DNA from: Lingula anatina
Lineage: Eukaryota > Animalia > Brachiopoda
Assembly: GCA_051362555.1 (NCBI GenBank)
Contig: CM120642.1
Span: 22,444,001-22,508,000 of the forward strand
Direction of reading: 5' to 3'
Length of the DNA stretch: 64,000 nt
The translations under genes and the position numbers were made by a program. This document shows positions 54,001 through 63,000 of this stretch, piece after piece. The notes beneath the pieces were generated by a model. That model was not told the DNA's origin, searched no databases, and was given only the letters and a program-made list of their open reading frames with translations. Within the stretch, counting starts at the first letter, position 1, and every line of letters starts with the position of its first letter.

Positions 54001-57000
54001 AGCTTTATTTAAGTCCCATGTTTCTTCCTGTAAGTTTGAGAACAGTAAGTGACATGGTTTTCCTTAAATGGTCATCATGGGAGCAGTGTCCAAAATAGGG
54101 GTGTCTTCAAATTTTGATGCACTATTACATAATGTTTAACAGGATAATTACCATCAATTTTTAATAATAAAATATTAGTATCATGGATATTCAGAAAATG
54201 TTCCTAGCAAAGGTCTTCAGGCCAAAGGAACTTCAAAGTCACACCTTGAAAATGCCAAAATGTAGACAAGACAGCACTGTCTTGAAATTTTTTTTTTTTC
54301 CATTTTTAACAATTTTTTAACATATAACAAAATTAACAATTTACTGCCATTTATATATGATCAACTTAGAAAATTGATGAGATGGGAAAAATATCAATAG
54401 AACAGTGTTTAATGTCCAATTTCCTCCATTCTGAGTTTCTGAACATAGTGAATGAATGTATCTGACAAACTGCAATGATATGAGTTTATTTCCATTTTTG
54501 AAACTCTATTATACAATACATGATAACAAGTTTACCATCATTTTTACATAATCAACTAACAATGTTGTAAAGATGCAGGAAATGTCAAACAAACACTTTT
54601 ACGAATCTTATTAGTTAAATAATGAGACTGTTAACATGCCTAAGAATTGAATCTGAGGAAATGTTTAAAAACAGCATAACTTATAAAATAATGGCCCGAT
54701 TATGCTGATTTTCGAACTTGACCTGCATTTTAGTAAGATTAATTACTCCTGTGAGTTTCATGACAACAGGTCTATCGGTTTTCCTTGAAATGTGTTAACA
54801 GTGTTGCACATATGCTGAAAAGTGAAAAAAACAGCATAACTACTAAAATAGTGGCCCGAACATGCCGATTTTCGAACTTGATCTGCGTTTTAGTAAGATT
54901 AATTACTCCTGTGAGTTTCATGACAACAGGCCTATCGGTTTTCCTTGAAATGTGTTAACAGTGTTGCATATATGCTAAAAAGTGAAAACACAGCATAAAT
55001 ACTACAATAATTGCCCAAACATGCTGATTTTCGAACTTGACCTGCGTTTTATGAATATTCATCAGCTCTGTAAATATAAAGCCAAAAAGTAAAACTGTCT
55101 TCCACTTATCGTGTTAACGATGAAAGTGCACGGCGACGGCGACGGCGACAGGGATGGCGACGGCGACGACAGACGCAGGTGATGGCAATATGTACAGACA
55201 CATCTGTGTCTGTACATAATAATAATAAGTAACACAGTTTTCTTTTCATAATGTTTGCAGTAACAGTGCAAAAAGATTTTTGTCAATTTTGATGTAACAT
55301 TACAAAATAAATTATAAAATAATTATCACCAATTTTTGATTATTGACTATAAATAGCATGGGCATTTAGAAAATTTGATTACTATTTGGCTTCATGTCCA
55401 TGGGAGCTCCGAGTCCCACAATGAATATGCCAACACGATAATTATGAATTTTTCACTAAAATGTATAACTTCCAGAAAAAGAAGCCAATTAGACTGCTTT
55501 TCCAACTCAGGCTGCATTTTAGTCCTGTGTTTCTTTTTTGAAAGTTTGACAGTCATAAGTAACACGGTTTTCCCATAATGGTCATCATGGCAGCAGCACC
55601 AAAAATTGTGTTTTCTTCTATTTTGATGCAACATTACATAATGCTTAACAGCATAATGACCATCAATTTTTAATAATAATATATACGTATCATGGATTTT
55701 CAGAAAATGTAACTAGCATGGGTCTTCAAGCCCGTGGAGGTTCTAAGTCACACCTTGAAAATGCCAATATGTGAAAAATGAAATTTTCACAAAAAACAGT
55801 TTAACTGCCAGAAAAATTTACCAAACAGACTACATTTCCTACTGAAGCTGTATTTTAGTCCCATGTTTCTTTCCTGTAAGTTTGAGAACAGTAAGTGACA
55901 TGATTTTCCTTAAGTGCTCATCATGGGAGCAGTGCCCAAAATAGGGGTTTCTTCAAATTTTAATGTAACATTACATAATGTTTAACAGCATAATGACCAT
56001 CAATTTTTAATAATAGAATATTAGTAACATGGACATTCAGAAAATGTGACAAGCAAAGGTCTTCAGGATCATAGAACTTCAAAGTCACACCTTGAAAATG
56101 CCAATATGTGAAAAATTAAATTTTCACAAAAAACTGTTTAACTGCCAGAAAAAATTACCAAACAGACTGCATTGCCTACTGAAGCTGTATTTTAGTCCCA
56201 TGTTTCTTTCCTGTAAGTTTGAGAACAGTAAGTGACACGATTTTCCTTAAATGGTCATCATGGGAGCAGTGCCCAAAATAGGGGTTTCTTCAAATTTTGA
56301 TGCAATATTACATAATGTTTAACAGCATGATGACCATCAATTTTTAATAATAAAATATTAGTATCATGGATATTCAGAAAATGTGACTAGCAAAGGTCTT
56401 CAGGCTCATGGAACTACAAAGTCACACCTTGAAAATGCCAAAATGTAAACAAGACACCACTTTTCTGAAATGGGTTTATTTCCATTTTTAACACTTTTTA
56501 ACATAAAACAAAATTAACAGTTTACTGCCATTTTTACAAGACCAACTAAGAAAATTGATGAGATGGGAAAAATATCAATAGAACAGTATTAAATGTCCAA
56601 TTTCCTCCATTCTGAGATTCTGAACATAGTGGATGATTGAATCTGACAAACTGCAATGATATGTGTTTATTTCCATTTTTGACACTTCATTACACAATAC
56701 ACGATAACAAGTTTACCATCATTTTTACATAATCAACTAACAATGTTGTAAAGATGCAGGAAATGTCAAAAAAACACTTTTACATATCTTATTAGTTCAA
56801 TGAGACTATTAACATGCCTAAGAATTGAATCAGAGAAAATGTGAAAAAAAAGCATAACTTCCCTAAAAATGACCCAATCATGCTGATTTTCGAACTTGAC
56901 CTGCGTATTATAAATATTCATCAGTTCTGTAAGTTTCAAACCAAAAGGTAAAACGGTTTTCCACTTATAGTGTTTACGGTGTTGCATATATGCTGAAAAA

Positions 57001-60000
57001 AGTGAAAAAAAAGCAAAACTTCCATAAAAATGACCCCATAATGCTGATTTTCCAACTTGACCTGCGTATTATACAAATTCATCAGTTCTGTAAGTTTCAA
57101 ACCAAAAGGTAAAACGGTTTTCCACTTATCGTGTTTACGGTGTTGCATATATGCTGAAAAAAGTGAAAAAAAGGCAAAACTTCCCTAAAAATGACCCGAT
57201 CATGCTGATTTTCGAACTTGACCTGCGTATTATACAAATTCATCAGTTCTGTAAGTTTCAAACAAAAAGGTAAAACGGTTTTCCACTTATCTTGTTTACG
57301 GTGTTGCATATATGCTGAAAAAAGTGAAAAAACAGCATAACTTCCCTAAAAATGGCCAGATCATGCTGATTTTCGAACTTGACCTGAATATTATGAATAT
57401 TCATCAGTTCTGTAAGTTTCAAGTCAAAACGTAAAACCGTTTTCCACTTATCGTGTTTACGGTAAAAGTGCATGCCAACGGCAACGGCAACGGCGACGAC
57501 AGACGCAGGTGACGGCTATATGTACAGACACATCTGTGTCTGTACATAAAAACAAAAATGGCCTACGTTTTTTTAATTTTCATCAGTTCTGTAAGTTTCA
57601 AGCCAAAAGGTAAAACAGTTTTCCACTGATCGTGTTATCGGTGAAAGTGTAGGCGATGGCGATGACAGATGCAGGTGACAACTATTTGTACAGACACATC
57701 TGTGTCTTTGCATAAAAATGTTTATATTTCTATGGTGCTCAGGTAAAAGAGAAATTTAAGAAACCCATTTTTCAGTTTTTACCCCAAAATTGCAATTATG
57801 ACGTCACCCTGAGATGACATGTGTAAATGTTAATTTAGTCACTAAACACTAAAGATTTATTTATTACCCAAAAGAATATATGTAAGACTGCATTCCCACA
57901 GATTTTAGATTGACCTATCCCCGTGGGGAGTCTCATTAGATTGCTGTCAGATTAGCCAGCTTAAATGTCTGTCCCGCCTACTAAAAGCTGTAAGGGGGTA
58001 ATTATGTTTCGTGTGCGCTCGGCTGACAGCAATTTAGCATGAACACCCAGGGAGTTACGTCGATCCAGATGGATCAATCTAAATCTGTGGGAACCCAGTC
58101 TAAGGCAGTAAATAAGGTGCTTTGGGTGAAGTGTGATAATCTTAAACTGACGATTAAAGCTCTGAGTAGCCTATGCTTATACATAGCAATGAGAAATATA
58201 AATGCCAGTATTTTATATTTTTGAGATTTCTATCGTTTTAAATCAGCACAAAGATAGGTGCATAATTGAATAAGATGCAGAAAAACCCTCATTTTTGATA
58301 TATGGATGATAATAAGCTTTAAGGGTTACAAAACCATCTTTACATACAAACTCTCCGATTTTGCTAATTTGTCAACATATGATAACTTACCTTCTCTGAT
58401 AATTCCCTTTTGTTTAAGTCATATTCCAGCTCTTCCAAACTGAAATAATAAAGAAAATAAACAATACGGTATGTATCAGTGTTCTCCACGACCTGTTTTT
58501 AGGTGGCGCAGCGCCACCTTATCTCGATGCTGCGCCACCTTATGCGATCTTGCGCCACCTAATATGAGTGTCCCGCCACCTTATATTTCAAGCATTGAGA
58601 AGATCTTAATAATAATAAATATTTTCTGGTAGAAATATAAGATATTAAACTTCATTTTGTATAGCTTGACTGTCGTTTTTGCATCCGTTCAACGCGATAT
58701 CAATTAAACACTGCAGCCGACAGTAGTCGGGCAGTCTCAAAACAGATGACAAGTTTACCCCATAATGCGTATTTCATGAGTACATGTATTTAGCGAGCGT
58801 CAGGTTCCATTCTGGCAACTCTACCTCTCCGAGACAGATACCACAAGATACTCAGTTTTTCTCATTAGAATCTCATACAGTGGATTTACAGACCTGGTGA
58901 TCATCGGTTAGTAATAACGAATATAATCATAACAAGCACAAGCAAATACGGCACTTTACGGAACAGTTTACTGTGCTGTTCATCTCCCCGTAAAACAAAT
59001 TTATTACTACAATAATCAAAGGGAATGATTCCCATTTTTTCAAAGATCTGAAGAATGAAAAACCTACTATGTGAAACTTTCAAAGAAATCTGCCGACTAC
59101 TACCGACTATAACTACAAAAGTACCTCAAAATGTAGATGTTAGCATGCCGTCGAAGCAGAGCTCGTCGACTTCCGTTTTTTAATAGTGCGGAGATTCACC
59201 TTCAACAGACAAAATCAAGGATACGCCCTAAAACAACTGGTGAGATAAAGGCTTTCGAACCAGTAGCCTAATTTCGAAGGGAAATTTACGTTCTTCGGTT
59301 GTTTAAGCGTGGCTTCGGCATGAACCAGGAGAAGGTAAGTTATAAAATTTCATATATTTCGTCGTATCATGTGTCATTACTCGCAGAAATCTATACACAG
59401 GTAGAAGGTAACATTAGAACAAAACACTTTGTAGTAATTGATGTCGTTTTTAATTCAGTAGTATTTTTGTCGTAATGCTGATAGAAATGTGTGATGAAAA
59501 ACGTGGTGTAATCACGTAGACAGTTTTATCTAGATTTAACTAGTTTCAGTCATGTGCTCTTGTTTGTGCCAAGTAGCCATGCTTTGCAATAGGCTGAATC
59601 TGCCAAGTGCTCTTATTAGTCCCGCCTTTATACCTTTTAGGGCGATGGCAATCACGTACACACAGTATGATGTACTAACTCTTTGTACATCGTCAAACGT
59701 GAGCATTGACGTTATCCCCGGGTATGATCTGTCATTAATATTTTAGAAGAATAAGAGAAGCTACATCGAGACTTTCGAACAGATTGTGCATTAAAATATC
59801 AATAAAAGGTAAGTACAGTCACAAACGTCTATATCAGTGTGTCAACACAGAGAGGAGGGGGGGTGGCATACAACGATATACATGTATGTGTTCGACGGAA
59901 GATCGTTGCGTCGTTAAATTGTATTGCTAATTGCAAATAATTAATGTTTAGAGAAATGCAAGTTTTCAGGTGTTCTTTGTTTGTTGCTTATCTTGCAAAG

Positions 60001-63000
60001 TAAGTCTTTAGTTATTATTATTGTATTTTCTTTCTTTTTCGCCGCAGCTGGCATCAGATCATTACCAAGCAATCATAAACCAGAACAGCTTCATGGTGCG
60101 GGGACCACAGTAGTCTCAACCCTGCCAAATGAATAAAAATTTGCAGGATATAGGTCAATGCCTTGTAATTCAGGTAAATTCAAAAATAAAAGTGGTCAGT
60201 TGTAATCCTTCTTAGTCTGTCTTTACTCTGGAAGACTTGAGTCTAATATTTGTGATTAAATGACAAAACATAAAAGGGATTTTCCCACATTTGCTACAAT
60301 ATTCCAATAAAATGCATTTTTTCTCTCTGCATGTTCTTCAATAACATTTCATGCAATATTCAATCTGATGGATTTAATATGTGTTGCAATCTTAAATTGG
60401 TAATTTTTGGTAACACCATGGTCTTTTAAAAAATGACTACATAAGGACCTCAACATCTCTTTTAAAAATGGGCAGTGAAAATGATTTCCAAATACTTTAG
60501 CTTGTTGGCATCTAAAATTGCTTAAAATGTAGGAAATTGCACCAATTTTTTCAAAAATTTCCCAGGGGAACATGCCCCCGGACCCCCCTAGCATGGCAAG
60601 TGCCTGCGGTGCTCGCTTGCTAGGACCCACACCAAAATCACACTCCCCCACCTTATAATTTTGAATTGTGGAGAACCATGTGTGTAAGGGTTGGAGACTA
60701 CTGGTCAGGAAATCTGGTGGGGAACCGACTGCTGCACAAATTTTCATGCAATAAGACTCCTGTTAACAGTTCAGAATTGAAATCAGAATTGTTTTTCCAC
60801 AGAACATGCTCAGCATGGGCATGACGGGTTAAGAAGTGCAGGGAGGGAAATGGGAATGGAAATGGTCGGAGGCTGTAATTAGGTCAAGGTCTGAAAATTT
60901 CGCTGTGAAAGTATATGGAGCAGCCTCCCAACACCAGCCTCGTTTTGAAATCCACCCCGAAAATGGCGACCTTCACCTAATACAGCCTCCGACGATGTAT
61001 CTCTAGAAAGTTCAGCATATCACCTTTCTGGTGCAAATGTAAGATTATTTTTATGATCTAGAACCCAAATACGATCTCAAGGAGGTTTACTATGCTTAAC
61101 AGGAGATCTATATATTTGTCCATTTCGGTCCATTTCGCTCCATTTCTATCCATTTCTACATTTTAAAGGACCCGCGCTCTCTTTTTTTTACATTTAGTGC
61201 TAGATTGTTCACTTTCGTCATTTGTCGGTGTTTTTCGTTTAAGAGGCTCTGGCGGCTTTGCCACACCAGGCAAAAACCTCCACATCGCTATAAAATTGTA
61301 AGATAAGTTGAACTAATTCAATTCACACTCTAAATGTAGTTTTGATTTAATTTCCAATAAGAAAATATTTCAGCAGCATGCAAACGGCCCTAACGGGAAA
61401 AGTAACGTTTCTTGTAAAATCTTGAATGTACTTATAAGCTATTGACATCGAAAAAGACCAGAAACCATTTTAAGAATAATATTTACCCTTCAAAACTACA
61501 AAACAGCACTCAAGTAAATTAGTATTTTTACCGAAAAGGTTTGTTGCGTATGTAGCTTTTCAATCCTCGAGGCTCCGCTACTTCATACGGCGCGAATGCT
61601 GTGGTAATATCTGATTGGTCAAAATTGACAGTCTGATGCAAGAGGTCAGGTCGCATGCAAATAACGTCTGACGTGTTCGGAAGCGTCATTAAAATAGGTC
61701 AACACATCTGAAACTCGCGTAGTTTTCGATGCAGACAAAATTGGGAGCGGATTTTATTTAAAAAAGGAAAAATATCTAAGGACAAGTAAAAACCCCGTAT
61801 ATTTCTCATGTTGCCGCTGCTTATAGAGCAGTCGCCCGTTTGGACCAGTTACTGAGATTGGCACTCGCCAATGCGTTTTAGCGGTCGCATTTGGCGACTG
61901 GCGACCGCCCATTTCCCTCCCTGGAAGTGGCTGAAGGTGTTCCATGAAACCCAAAGCATTTTCTTCCACACTAATCAAGCAAGAGATAGAAACTGGCCAC
62001 ACCTAGTCACATTCAATAGAAATAACATACTAAGTACAAAAGTCAAACGGAGTATGTCTGAAACACATACGGAGTACATGTTAACATGGCAGATCTAGAG
62101 CAAATGTTTACCGCTAAATTTGGACCCCCAACTACTTTCTCAAGAACAGTTACATAGGAAGCTGGGGGTAGAATAGCACTGATAGCAAACTTCTGATCAA
62201 TTGGTTTCTCTTCCTCACTTCATTTTCATTTTTGTCATGCAGTGCACCAACAAAGTATTTTAAGGTTCAACGACGTAATTTTTCCTAACAAAAGACCATG
62301 CCATGTGTACTGTGAGCAACTGATAGTAAAGAAACTGAGCATAAAGCTGATAAAACACAAAAAGCATGAACACGTGTTGCAGCCATTTTGTCGTGTAAGT
62401 ATCACAAGAATAATTTAAATAAAACTATTAATTACAACATATACGGAATCCCCCAACCTCAACGAGTCACAAAATAGTATCTGTGAGACAAACTGAGGTC
62501 AATCAATTATGTATAATTAGCTGGGAACTCCTCCTGATTTTTTTATCCCATCTCCTTTCGAATGAAGTAAAATATATTGTCAAGAAAAGAAACAACATTT
62601 TCCTTATATTTACACATTTCGAGTCAGCTTGAAAATTCGTCAGACATAAGGACTGAAGATACATGATTTTTTAATGATCCAAGACGAATTTGTCTGACAT
62701 GTCCGATACCTTAAGTCTGTAAGACGGTCACTGTTGAAAGTTTTTTGCAGGTTCTAGTGCTTTGGTGTCTGCACAGAGACTATAATCTCGAAAGGTACAA
62801 ATTCTTGTAAATTTTCACATAAGTTCAAATTTTAGCTTTATTTTTTCTCTCTTCAAACTTTCAAGCACTTTAACCAATGAGAATGAGAGTACAGAAAATT
62901 CCACCCTAGCAATTGACCCAAGAAGACACTTGGATGGCATTTGGTTTCATGTAAAAATCATCATTAAATACTCAGAGTAACCACACAGTTTAATTCCGGA

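Larger units (their letters stand above)
48667..55217 (-). mobile_element. HINE family A, inner full-length copy (itself interrupted by the Academ-like element)
   Basis: AACAAGGCAGCAAAGCTGTC start; TATGTACAGACACATCTGTGTCTGTACATA end. Confidence 0.8.
48120..57716 (-). mobile_element. HINE family A, outer copy (left boundary approximate), with duplicated terminus at 57575-57716
   Basis: Sequence broken at GTAAGTTAAAA (48655-48666) resumes as ATAATAATAAGTAAC after 55217; 337-bp and 161-bp arrays; terminal hairpin at 57519-57548. Confidence 0.75.

Noticed and set aside
56766-57473. Series of similar 70-aa ORFs / CRISPR-like periodicity
   Set aside because: By-product of 161-bp tandem units; no unique spacers, no cas genes, eukaryotic context.
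60349-60747. 132-aa ORF
   Set aside because: Crosses the terminus of a hAT-like element; no domain evidence.
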